DNA of 64,000 bases, taken from the NCBI GenBank assembly GCA_049793155.1, contig JBARBN010000053.1, positions 285-64,284 of the forward strand, written 5' to 3'. Of the stretch, positions 25,843-36,738 are shown piece by piece; position 1 is the first letter of the stretch, and every line of letters starts with the position of its first letter. The notes under the pieces were generated by a model. That model did no database searches and had not been told where the DNA came from. It saw only the letters and a program-made list of their open reading frames with translations. The position numbers and the translations under genes are program-made. This DNA is from Nitrospirota bacterium (GTDB taxonomy: Bacteria > Nitrospirota > UBA9217).

Positions 25843-25932
25843 GCGGAGACGGGGAGGCGCGGGAAAACAATTGGTTTTTGAAACACAAGCCTTGCCATCC
25901 TTTTCCCTGTGTCTCGGTGCCTCTGAGGTGAA
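25843..25932. repeat. intergenic hairpin repeat, family D (cacagagRcac/ggtgcctctg units)
   Basis: gcggagacggggaggcgcgggaaaa faces ttttccctgtgtctcggtgcctctgaggtgaa. Related copies are at 30273-30319, 36065-36137, 36647-36713, 41746-41847 and 49063-49158. Confidence 0.65.
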
Positions 25933-25949
25933 CACCTTTGGCTTTTGAA

Positions 25950-26516
25950 CTAAGCTCTTTTGCCGATCGAAAATGCCTTGCCGATACGCTCGCCGATGCT
26001 GTGATAAGCACCTTGCCCCGTATCGAAAATAAGCGGCCTGACCTTCAGGATATCTGTCATTCCCTGTTCGTCGAGCACCGACTCTTCGGCCTTGATGTCC
26101 ACGATCTCGCCAATGAATTGCGTATGGAGTCCGATTTCCACGGTGTGGAGCACTTTGCACTCTATCACAACAGGGAATTCTTTTATAAACGGAGCGTCGA
26201 CAAGCACGCTTCGAACGGGAGTCAGTTTCATTACATCAAACTTATCGACAGTTCTTCCTGAAACGGTGCCGACGTAGTCTACCTCTTTCACCAGCGCGGC
26301 TGACGGGATGTTGACGGTGTAAGCTTTGCGTTCCTTGATGCATCCGTATGTATACGTTGCCTTGCGCAGGGAAATAGTGACGCAGGGAGGCTGTGAGCAG
26401 CAGATTCCACCCCATGCAATAGTCATGATATTCGGTTTCCCCTGAGCGTCGTAGCTTCCGATAACCCAGACAGGCGCCGGCTGAGCGAGTGTTTTGGCAC
26501 CGAGCGACTTTTTCAT
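25950..26516 (-). CDS. flavin reductase-like (FMN-binding split-barrel) protein
   Basis: 188 aa. PNIMTIAWGGICCSQPPCVTISLRK...TVNIPS...VSGR..DKF is typical of the flavin reductase domain family. Confidence 0.75.
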   Translation of the reverse strand: MKKSLGAKTLAQPAPVWVIGSYDAQGKPNIMTIAWGGICCSQPPCVTISLRKATYTYGCIKERKAYTVNIPSAALVKEVDYVGTVSGRTVDKFDVMKLTPVRSVLVDAPFIKEFPVVIECKVLHTVEIGLHTQFIGEIVDIKAEESVLDEQGMTDILKVRPLIFDTGQGAYHSIGERIGKAFSIGKRA

Positions 26517-26592
26517 GGTTACCTCCTAAACGAAGCTTTAAATTATTTTATTTAACCGGGGAATATTTTGACCATACAGGGTTTCCCAGTCG

Positions 26593-27777
26593 CTATTTCT
26601 TTAAGGGAGTCCGGATAAATTCCAGGAGGTCCGCCATCTCTCCTTTTTTTAGTTGAGGCCAGGAAACGCCTTTCTCTCCCGTCGCGGCCTGCATTTTGAC
26701 GCTGTGATTCCAGATACTGGCTACGATTTCGGTCGGCTGGCTGTTACGGAAATTGGACAGATCGATATACATAAGTGTACCGTGTTTCCCGTCCAAACCG
26801 TGGCATTGCGCACACCCGAAAGCTGAAAAGAGTTTTTTCCCTTTCGATGAATCCCCAGGCTCATCCGTATAATGGAGGAAGTAAAGATAGGCGAGGAGAT
26901 CCGTCATTTCTTTCGCGGTGAACCGGGGAACCCCGCACTGCGTTGGGGCTATTGTAAACAGGATCATCTCAGGGCTCTTGTTCCACATGCTCGAAGCGAT
27001 CTGGGTGAGGCTCGTATAAAAGGCCTCGGCTCTTTTCCCGAGATCGGGGCCTCCCTTTCCGCCTTCGCCATGGACTGAATGACAATTGGCACATCCCTTG
27101 GCGTTAAAGACCGCCCTGCCTTCCCTGGGATTGCCTTGCCTGATGAAAAAAGGTTCTTCCGCACCCTTTGCCGCGGTCCTGATATAAGCCAGTGTATCCA
27201 TCATCTCTGTTTCAGTAAAATGGGGCCACATCATCCCGATCCGTACCATGCGGGCCATCATGCGCAGGCTGTGATTCCAGATCGACTGGCTTAGAAAAAC
27301 CGGCGAAGCGTTTCGGGGAAACTCATCGAGTCCGGGCGCGCCGTCTTTGTCTCTACCCGAGACAAGATGACAAGAGATGCAGCCCTTCTGGTCGAAGAGG
27401 TATTTCCCGCTGGCGGCATCGCCAGGCTTATCAAAGAACCTGAGAAAATAGAGATAGTCGGTGATCTCGGTAAATTCCTGTCCGGTCAGCGTCGGCTTGG
27501 GGATCCCCGCTTGTTCCATACCCGCGATCATAGATGGAGTATGGTTCCAGATCTCCGCCGCCAGATCCAGTTGTGTGCCGCCGAGAGTGATCGTGCCCAA
27601 ATCCGGCCCGGTCTTTCCTCCCTCACCGTTGACAGCATGGCATTTCACGCATCCCTTGCTTACAAACAGTTGGCCCCCTTTGGATGGGTCTTCAGGAAGT
27701 ATTTGGGCGACCGCAGACGTCGAGGCCAAGAGAAGGAGAATGATGATTCCGTTTGATATTATCGTACCGATCTTCAA
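26593..27777 (-). CDS. periplasmic tetraheme cytochrome made of four tandem class-I cytochrome c domains
   Basis: Four repeats of G-x-LF-x3-GC-x2-CH-x-V-x-GEGGK-x-GPDLG ... IWNHS-x2-M (CVKCH, CISCH, CANCH, CAQCH). The start is set to the TTG at 27777, 6 nt after an AAGGAGGA RBS, which gives the signal peptide LKIGTIISNGIIILLLLASTSAVA. Confidence 0.8.
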   Translation of the reverse strand: MKIGTIISNGIIILLLLASTSAVAQILPEDPSKGGQLFVSKGCVKCHAVNGEGGKTGPDLGTITLGGTQLDLAAEIWNHTPSMIAGMEQAGIPKPTLTGQEFTEITDYLYFLRFFDKPGDAASGKYLFDQKGCISCHLVSGRDKDGAPGLDEFPRNASPVFLSQSIWNHSLRMMARMVRIGMMWPHFTETEMMDTLAYIRTAAKGAEEPFFIRQGNPREGRAVFNAKGCANCHSVHGEGGKGGPDLGKRAEAFYTSLTQIASSMWNKSPEMILFTIAPTQCGVPRFTAKEMTDLLAYLYFLHYTDEPGDSSKGKKLFSAFGCAQCHGLDGKHGTLMYIDLSNFRNSQPTEIVASIWNHSVKMQAATGEKGVSWPQLKKGEMADLLEFIRTPLKK

Positions 27778-28017
27778 GGTAAATCCTCCTTTGTCATTTT
27801 TAAAAATCCCGATATTGCCATGGAGATGCCACCGGTGCCTTTTGGACCGAGAACCGCACTCGAGGAGCAAGCTTTAATAAGCACCTATATCATAGGATAA
27901 CGCTTTCGCGCGATATTTTCCAGTGTTTTAAGGTGTCAGAATATAATCGATAGACTGCATTGGAATGAATACTCGATGTATTTCAAAATGAATGTCCGGC
28001 ACACCGGCCCTGTTAAC

Positions 28018-29220
28018 TTATCCCGGCGAGAGATACCCATCAGGGGCAAGACTGGTTGCCAGCATCACCATATTGATATCGCGATGCTCCCTCCAGGTAC
28101 TGGCCTGTCTGTTTGCAGGTTCAAGCCAAAAAGCCTCAATAACCTCACTAAACGGCGTATATCGCATCAGGTTTTCGATTTGCGAATGCAGGTGGCGCGT
28201 CATCTTGAGATCGCGCGGAGTTTGCTTGATTAGTCCCTGCAGCTTCTCAATTGCATGCAATCCTATGGACAAACCCAGTTCCCGAAATGCAAGCCGGTAC
28301 TTCGCAGGAGTCATCAGGGGATTCCTTCCCCGTGTATAGGCTTGCAAGCCGATCAGTGAAGAATCCAGGAGAACATCCAGAAGGGCGGCTTGTTCAAATT
28401 CTTCGATCACGATCAATTGAGCTAATTTATATGAATTGCTCAAGAGTTCACCGATACCCAAGGGATCATCGGTTGCCCAACTTTTTCCTTCACACATAGC
28501 GGCCATATCTTTAATCTCCGCACTGAGGTCGAAATCCGCGGATTTATCGGGATCGTTTACTGCAGTCGGCTGGAGTTGAAGATACGTGATGAGACCATCG
28601 AGAGGATCGTGCTGCCCCATCGAGGTTACTAGCGGATACGAGAGGTCGATGCTCATTTTCCAATACATGCGTTTCTGTCCACCGGAAGAGGGGACATAGG
28701 TGAACTTGTCGTGCGTGACTTTCGCAAGTTCGATCGCCCATCTGCTGCAGGTTGGATCTCCTGTGACTCTGCTTACTCTATTAAGAGCGTGCATCCACTT
28801 CGTCAGGTAATGAAAGTACTGTCCATCCCGATCCCATTCCAGCTGTTCATCATAGGGATCTTTGGGCCCGCGCTCGTTCATCCCTTTACCGATTCGTAAC
28901 CCGCCTTGTGTAGGATGCAATATGCCTTCTTGTTCACTGAGGCCGCTGATCCAGCCGGTTCTTGGATCGTCGTCATGGTGTCGCCCGAGTATGAAGTGAA
29001 CCTGATCGACGAGGTGCAACGCGAACTTCTTGTAATGTTCATCATTTGTCTGTTGGTAAAGTCCCAGGAAATTGCAGACGGCAAAGGCGTCTGTCCATAA
29101 ATAGCGGCGCGGCAATTTCCCGTCCGAGAGCATCCCGGTCAGATTGGCAAACTCGTCCATGAGATTCCGGGCAATAGACCCGGAAGTTATTTGTTTCATC
29201 TGTTCCTTTTTCACCGACAA
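28018..29220 (-). CDS. conserved-looking hypothetical protein (400 aa), family not recognised
   Basis: Long ORF with coding-like composition and predicted helix-rich sequence (possible alpha/alpha-toroid). No signal peptide and no motif I can name. Confidence 0.5.
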   Translation of the reverse strand: MSVKKEQMKQITSGSIARNLMDEFANLTGMLSDGKLPRRYLWTDAFAVCNFLGLYQQTNDEHYKKFALHLVDQVHFILGRHHDDDPRTGWISGLSEQEGILHPTQGGLRIGKGMNERGPKDPYDEQLEWDRDGQYFHYLTKWMHALNRVSRVTGDPTCSRWAIELAKVTHDKFTYVPSSGGQKRMYWKMSIDLSYPLVTSMGQHDPLDGLITYLQLQPTAVNDPDKSADFDLSAEIKDMAAMCEGKSWATDDPLGIGELLSNSYKLAQLIVIEEFEQAALLDVLLDSSLIGLQAYTRGRNPLMTPAKYRLAFRELGLSIGLHAIEKLQGLIKQTPRDLKMTRHLHSQIENLMRYTPFSEVIEAFWLEPANRQASTWREHRDINMVMLATSLAPDGYLSPG

Positions 29221-29298
29221 GCTGAAACTAAAAGATTTAGCGCAAATCGCACATCAGCAGGTTTATTTGTCTGATGCAAGTACCCCGGAAAGCATGAA

Positions 29299-29320
29299 CG
29301 CCGCATCAGGTGATGCGGCG
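29299..29320 (-). terminator. hairpin terminator downstream of argB
   Basis: cgccgcatc-aggt-gatgcggcg (9-bp stem). On the minus strand it is followed by ttcatgcttt. Confidence 0.5.
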
Positions 29321-29368
29321 TATTCTTACATTGAGAGATTGAGCCATGAGGATATATGATAAGATTTC

Positions 29369-30268
<900 letters not shown>

Positions 30269-30272
30269 TCAA

Positions 30273-30319
30273 CGAAGGCACGAAGGCTCTAAGTTATTCT
30301 TAGTGTCTTGGTGCCTTGG
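30273..30319. repeat. family D hairpin (21-nt arms, 5-nt loop) between hslU and argB
   Basis: cgaaggcacgaaggctctaag / cttagtgtcttggtgccttgg. 18 of 21 positions pair, including one G:U. Confidence 0.7.
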
Positions 30320-30329
30320 TGGTGAAAGA

Positions 30330-31679
<1,350 letters not shown>

Positions 31680-31698
31680 AAAAACCTCCGAAAAAATA

Positions 31699-31764
31699 CA
31701 GTAGTCAGGAGTCAGTAAAAAATTGCATACGTTGCTTATTCTGGCTTCCGGCTCCTGACTACTG
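31699..31764. repeat. family B hairpin inside the hslV-hslU intergenic gap
   Basis: cagtagtcaggag (31699-31711) pairs with ctcctgactactg (31752-31764). Confidence 0.7.
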
Positions 31765-31774
31765 TCTCCTGCGT

Positions 31775-32317
31775 TTACAATTCTTCTACCGTAATAACAC
31801 TATTCGTATAAATGCAGATCTCCGCTGCGATCTTCATCGCTTCTTCCACGATCGCGCGGGTGTCGAGCTTAGTGTGGTCAATGAGCGCGCGGGCTGCGGC
31901 AAGGGCATAGGGGCCGCCTGAGCCGATGGCAGAGATGCCATTTTCCGGTTCGATCACGTCACCGTTGCCGGAGAGAATAAAGGAGCGTTCATGGTCAGCG
32001 ACGATCATCAGGGCCTCGAGCCGGCGGAGGACCCTGTCCGTTCTCCAGTCCTTTGCAAGCTCCACGGCGGCACGGGTGAGGTTGCCGTGATACTGATCCA
32101 GTTTCGCCTCGAATTTTTCGAAGAGCGTGAATGCATCGGCAGTTGCGCCCGCAAAACCGGCAAGGACCTTGTCATTATACATTTTGCGGACTTTTTTTGC
32201 GTTGTGCTTCATCACGGTGGCGCCGACGGTCACCTGGCCGTCGCCGGCGATCGCTGTCTTGCCGTTCCGTCGGACTGCCAGTATCGTAGTTCCGTGCAGG
32301 GGTGTTATTTCACTCAT
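31775..32317 (-). CDS. hslV: ATP-dependent protease subunit HslV
   Basis: ...[12 protein letters not shown] (N-terminal Thr nucleophile after processing), GDGQVT, GSGG. 180 aa. Confidence 0.95.
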   Translation of the reverse strand: MSEITPLHGTTILAVRRNGKTAIAGDGQVTVGATVMKHNAKKVRKMYNDKVLAGFAGATADAFTLFEKFEAKLDQYHGNLTRAAVELAKDWRTDRVLRRLEALMIVADHERSFILSGNGDVIEPENGISAIGSGGPYALAAARALIDHTKLDTRAIVEEAMKIAAEICIYTNSVITVEEL

Positions 32318-32426
32318 TGCTCCTCCGGTGCCAAAAAACTATGGACCATGGTCGATCGTTCGCTTCTCTCACGATGACGATGGACGAAGTCTTTCATTGT
32401 CTTTTCGTCCCTCGTCCTTCGTTCGT

Positions 32427-33314
32427 CTATTTTTTCCTCGCCTTCGGATGCGCCTTGTCATATACCTCCATCAGCGAGTCGAGGTTCACGTGTGTGTAGC
32501 GCTGGGTGGTCGAAAGGCTCGCGTGTCCGAGAAGTTCCTGAATAGCACGCAGGTCCGCTCCTGACTCCAGCATATGCGTGGCATAGCTGTGACGAAGCGT
32601 GTGCGGACTCGCCTTTTGCTGCAGACCCAGCTGTTTTCTGTGGTTTTCTAAAATACGCTGAACAGTGCGCGCTGTCAAGCGTTTTCCTGACGGCCCGATG
32701 AATACCGCGGCGGATTCCGCGATGCGGGACGGATAGGTCAGATATGCATCGATTGCCTCTCGTGCCTTATTGCCGATGGGCACGATCCGTTCCTTGCGGC
32801 CCTTGCCTCTGATGCGGACGAGGCTGCCGTGGCGGTCTATGTCTTCCCGGTTCATGCCGATGAGTTCGCTCGCACGGATGCCGGTGGAGTAAAGGGTTTC
32901 AAGCACGGCACGGTCTCTCAGCGCGGTTCGGTGGTCTTCAGGTCTCCTTGCGTCAGGCGATTCAATAAGTCTTAACGCGTCGTCAGCTGTCAACACGGAA
33001 GGAAGGCGTTTTTCGCGCCGCGGTGTGGCGACAAGCCGGGCCGGATTGCTCATGAGTACTCCTTCACGGTTCAGATACCTGAAGAACGACCGGATGGCCG
33101 AGAGTTTCCTTGCAATGGATGCTTTTTTCACCTCGTCCTGCATGAGGTGGGCTATGAACCGCCGAAGCGTTTGATGGTCAACTGCGGCCGGCTCTTTATC
33201 GCCGAGAAAGGCGGACAGTTGTTCGAGATCGGAAAGATAGCCCCGCAGGGTGTGAGGAGAAACATTTCGCTCATTTCTGAGGTAGGAGAGGAAATCAAAA
33301 ATATGCTTGCGCAT
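32427..33314 (-). CDS. xerC: tyrosine recombinase XerC/XerD family (chromosome dimer resolution)
   Basis: RGKGRKERIVP...HTLRHSYATHMLESGADLRAIQELLGHASLSTTQRYTHV. Conserved topA-xerC-hslVU synteny. Confidence 0.88.
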   Translation of the reverse strand: MRKHIFDFLSYLRNERNVSPHTLRGYLSDLEQLSAFLGDKEPAAVDHQTLRRFIAHLMQDEVKKASIARKLSAIRSFFRYLNREGVLMSNPARLVATPRREKRLPSVLTADDALRLIESPDARRPEDHRTALRDRAVLETLYSTGIRASELIGMNREDIDRHGSLVRIRGKGRKERIVPIGNKAREAIDAYLTYPSRIAESAAVFIGPSGKRLTARTVQRILENHRKQLGLQQKASPHTLRHSYATHMLESGADLRAIQELLGHASLSTTQRYTHVNLDSLMEVYDKAHPKARKK

Positions 33315-33435
33315 GAGGATACTTTAGCGTAACAGCCGCAAATTTGCAAGGGAAGAGGTAAATTGTGCATGGGTTAATACCGGCTGCCGATGAGCGAGGC
33401 GGAAAGGGGAAGATCATTTGGCCGGGAGCATCCTG

Positions 33436-36045
33436 CTAAGATTTTGCGGGAGAGATAGATGCCGATGATTTCTTTTTTCTTGAAGGCTTCTTGGGCGCTT
33501 TCCTGGATGGTGTGCGTTTTTTGCGCCCGCCGCCGTTGTTCGCATTTTCACGACGAATCGCCAGCAGTTCATACGCTCGTTCGGGTAACATTTCCTCGAG
33601 GCGGTCGCTCCGCATGAGGCTGGCATTGGTTTCCCCATCGGTGACATAGATGCCGAACTTGCCCTCTTTGGCCAGAACCGGTTTGCTGCTCACCGGGTCA
33701 TTGCCAAACTCGCGCAGCGGAGGCTTTGGCGCAGCGCGGCGGCCGTACTGGCGAGGCGTAGCAAGCAGCGCAAGGGCTTGTTCGACGGTAATATCGAAGA
33801 TCTGTTCTTCGCTCGCGAGCGTGCGACTTTCCTTACCCTTGGTGATATAGGGGCCATAGCGGCCATTTTGTGCGGTGATCGACACTCCGTCAACAGGATC
33901 AACGCCCACCACACGCGGAAGCGAGAGCAGCTGTGCGGCGTCCTGGAGGGTGACGTGAGCCGGGTCCATTGTCTTGAACAAGGACACCATCTTCGGTTTG
34001 TCGAGCCCGGGTGGGGGAGCATCAGGAGTACCCAGCTGAACATACGCGCCATAGCGGCCGCTCTTGATGAAGAGAGGCAGACCGTCTATTTCGCCGATCG
34101 GGTCGGTCCCCTTTGGTGCAGCGAGAAGTTTCAGCGCCGCCTCCAGTGTCAGCTCATCGGGCGTCATGGTATCGGGAACGCTGGCTGTTTCTTCACCGCG
34201 GCGAACGTAAGGTCCGAATTTCCCCGGCTTAACCACGACCTCAAGACCGGTCTCGGGGTCAATGCCGACGGGGAATGTGTTGATCGCTGAGGCATCGATC
34301 TCATCCAGGTTTATAGCGACGCGTTGCTTGAGACCAACGAGGCCCTGGTCATTGCCGAAATAAAAATCAGCGAGCCACTGTTCCTTCTTCTGCAGGCCCT
34401 GCGCGATCGCATCGAGATCTTCTTCCGTGTTCGCGGTAAAACTATAGTCTACAAGACCGGAGAAGTGCTTTACTAGCAGATTAATGACGGAGAACGCGAC
34501 CCAGTTGGGTACGAGCGCCTGGCCTTTTTTCCAAACGTAACCACGATTGACGATCGTTTGCATGATGGATGCCCAGGTTGAGGGACGGCCAATGCCCAGT
34601 TCCTCAAGTTTTTTGATCAGCGACGCTTCAGTGTACCGTGCGGGTGGCTGCGTTACGTGTCCGCTCGGAGTGATGTCGGCAATATTTACCTTGTCACCAA
34701 CAGCAAGCTTCGGCAGCAGCGCTTCACCCCTGCTGTTCTCGGTATCGTCATCCGTGGATTCCTCGTACACCTGTCGGTAGCCTGCAAAGGCGATCGTAGT
34801 GCCGCTCGCGGTGAATTCGCAGTCAGTTCCATTGCTCAGTGCGCCCAGGCGTATGCTGAGGGTGGTGCCAATCGCGTCGGCCATCTGCGAAGCGAGAGTG
34901 CGCTGCCAGATAAGCTCATACAGGGCAAGGTCCTGCGAGTTTAGCTCGCTCTTCAGTTCGCGCGGTGAACGCATCGGCGTGCTCGGACGGATCGCTTCAT
35001 GGGCTTCCTGGGCGTTTTTCACTTTTGACGAGTAGGCGCGAGGGGTCGGGTAGAGGTATTGCCGGCCGTATAACTTCCCCACTTCCGCGCGGATTTCCTC
35101 AAGCGCTTCATCGGAGATCACCACATTGTCCGTTCGCATATACGTGATGAACCCGCGTTCATATAAGCCCTGTGCGACACGCATGACCTGTGCCGCGGAC
35201 AGGCGCAATTTCCGGCCGCCCTCCTGTTGAAGGGTTGACGTCATGAACGGCGCCTTTGGCGACGAGCGGTAAGGTTTTTCCTCGACGCTTCGAACCGTAA
35301 GAAGAGTCTTGTCAAGGCCCGCTGCCAGTGCCATTGCCCGGGTCTTGTCGATTACGATGACCTTGCCGCCGGCACGACCCTGGCTGTCAAAGTCCTTGCC
35401 CGTAGCGACTCTGGTGCTGTCGAGTGCGACGAGCGTGGCAAGAAAGGGAGGTGTCGTCGCCGTTGAAATTTCGATGCCCCAGTATCCGGCAGCGACATGA
35501 GCGATGCGTTCACGTTCGCGTTCCACCACGAGACGGAGTGCGGGGCTCTGAACCCGGCCGGCTGATAAGCCGCGGTTTACGCGTCGCCACAGCACCGGAG
35601 ACACCTCGTATCCAAAGAGCCGATCCAGTATCCGGCGGGTCTCAGCAGCATCAACCAGCCCGTGATCGATGCCGCGGGGATTGGCGAGTGCGTGTTCGAT
35701 CGCGGATTTTGTGATTTCATGGAATACCATGCGTCGCACCGGTATCTTCGGCTTCAGATGCTCAACGAGGTGCCACGAGATAGCTTCGCCCTCGCGGTCT
35801 TCGTCGGTCGCGAGATACAGGGCGCTTGCGTTTTTCAGTGCTTTCCGGAGATCGCGAACCACCTGAGTTCCGCGTTCAGTGAGTTCGTAGGTGGGTTTAA
35901 ATCCATTGTCAACGTCGACCGCGAGCCCTTTGCTCGGGAGGTCTGCAATATGGCCTACAGAGGCGCGAACCTCAAAGGCATCGCCGAGATATTTTGCGAT
36001 GGTTTTTGCCTTTGCAGGTGATTCAACAATGACGAGGGATTTCAT
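33436..36045 (-). CDS. topA: DNA topoisomerase I with zinc-free C-terminal repeats and a Lys-rich tail
   Basis: MKSLVIVESPAKAKTIAKYLG (Toprim). Four G(K/R)(F/Y)G(P/A/I)Y repeats (GKFGPYV, GRYGAYV, GRYGPYI, GKFGIYV). No CxxC zinc ribbons. Tail RKKRTPSRKAPKKPSRKKK. Confidence 0.95.
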   Translation of the reverse strand: MKSLVIVESPAKAKTIAKYLGDAFEVRASVGHIADLPSKGLAVDVDNGFKPTYELTERGTQVVRDLRKALKNASALYLATDEDREGEAISWHLVEHLKPKIPVRRMVFHEITKSAIEHALANPRGIDHGLVDAAETRRILDRLFGYEVSPVLWRRVNRGLSAGRVQSPALRLVVERERERIAHVAAGYWGIEISTATTPPFLATLVALDSTRVATGKDFDSQGRAGGKVIVIDKTRAMALAAGLDKTLLTVRSVEEKPYRSSPKAPFMTSTLQQEGGRKLRLSAAQVMRVAQGLYERGFITYMRTDNVVISDEALEEIRAEVGKLYGRQYLYPTPRAYSSKVKNAQEAHEAIRPSTPMRSPRELKSELNSQDLALYELIWQRTLASQMADAIGTTLSIRLGALSNGTDCEFTASGTTIAFAGYRQVYEESTDDDTENSRGEALLPKLAVGDKVNIADITPSGHVTQPPARYTEASLIKKLEELGIGRPSTWASIMQTIVNRGYVWKKGQALVPNWVAFSVINLLVKHFSGLVDYSFTANTEEDLDAIAQGLQKKEQWLADFYFGNDQGLVGLKQRVAINLDEIDASAINTFPVGIDPETGLEVVVKPGKFGPYVRRGEETASVPDTMTPDELTLEAALKLLAAPKGTDPIGEIDGLPLFIKSGRYGAYVQLGTPDAPPPGLDKPKMVSLFKTMDPAHVTLQDAAQLLSLPRVVGVDPVDGVSITAQNGRYGPYITKGKESRTLASEEQIFDITVEQALALLATPRQYGRRAAPKPPLREFGNDPVSSKPVLAKEGKFGIYVTDGETNASLMRSDRLEEMLPERAYELLAIRRENANNGGGRKKRTPSRKAPKKPSRKKKSSASISPAKS

Positions 36046-36064
36046 TAAGCAATGCCCTTTTTAA

Positions 36065-36137
36065 CACAGAGGACACCGAGAATAAATACAGAGTTAAAGA
36101 AACGATTCATATTCGGGATTCTCTGTGATCTCTGTGG
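36065..36137. repeat. family D hairpin repeat between topA and smg
   Basis: cacagaggacaccgagaat / attctctgtgatctctgtgg. Confidence 0.65.
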
Positions 36138-36147
36138 TGAAGCCATT

Positions 36148-36624
36148 CTAATTCCACGCCGTATTTTTGATCCGCCGGAGATTCGCAGAAGAACTATGCT
36201 CATGATCGAGCGGGGAGACGAAAAAGACAAGGGCAATAAGGTTCTTGATATGGTCAAGCTCGATCCGTTCAGTATATGCCGTCATGGCCTTTTCCAGCAA
36301 TTCTTCCCGCTGGTCCTCGGAGATGATGCCGAGGTGGGTGAGTTTTGATACAAAACCAAAAGCTTCAACAGTAAAACGTTCGCGTTCTTCCCGGTTCATC
36401 GTCCTCATCCGTATGGAAGACGCCTTCAGTTCCCGTGTGATGAGGCTTTCTGATTGGTTCTGTACGAGGGTCTGCATGAGTGTGAGCGCAGCGTCAGCTT
36501 CAGTGATCCGGAAACCGCTGTTCAGCAGAGTTTGCATGATCTTGCCTTCGTTATCGAACAACTCCTGTTTATTTCGAACCTGGCCCGCGATAAGCGAGAC
36601 GAGGTCCATCATCTGTTCGTCCAA
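36148..36624 (-). CDS. smg: Smg protein (DUF494)
   Basis: 158 aa, acidic and helical. It sits in the dprA-smg-topA arrangement known from Enterobacteria. Confidence 0.7.
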   Translation of the reverse strand: MDEQMMDLVSLIAGQVRNKQELFDNEGKIMQTLLNSGFRITEADAALTLMQTLVQNQSESLITRELKASSIRMRTMNREERERFTVEAFGFVSKLTHLGIISEDQREELLEKAMTAYTERIELDHIKNLIALVFFVSPLDHEHSSSANLRRIKNTAWN

Positions 36625-36646
36625 AAAAATCTCCTTTGTGTTTACT

Positions 36647-36713
36647 CCAGAGGCACAGAGAAAATTCTTATCAATTCAAAAATACTTTTCTCCGTGTCTC
36701 GGCGTCTCTGCGG
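36647..36713. repeat. family D hairpin repeat between smg and dprA
   Basis: ccagaggcacagagaaaa / ttttctccgtgtctcggcgtctctgcgg. Confidence 0.65.
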
Positions 36714-36738
36714 TAGATCATGACTTTTTACGACCGTT

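Noticed and set aside
32427-33314. Tyrosine recombinase as a marker of an integrated mobile element
   Set aside because: It sits in the conserved housekeeping block topA-xerC-hslV-hslU. No att-like direct repeats, phage genes or compositional break lie nearby.
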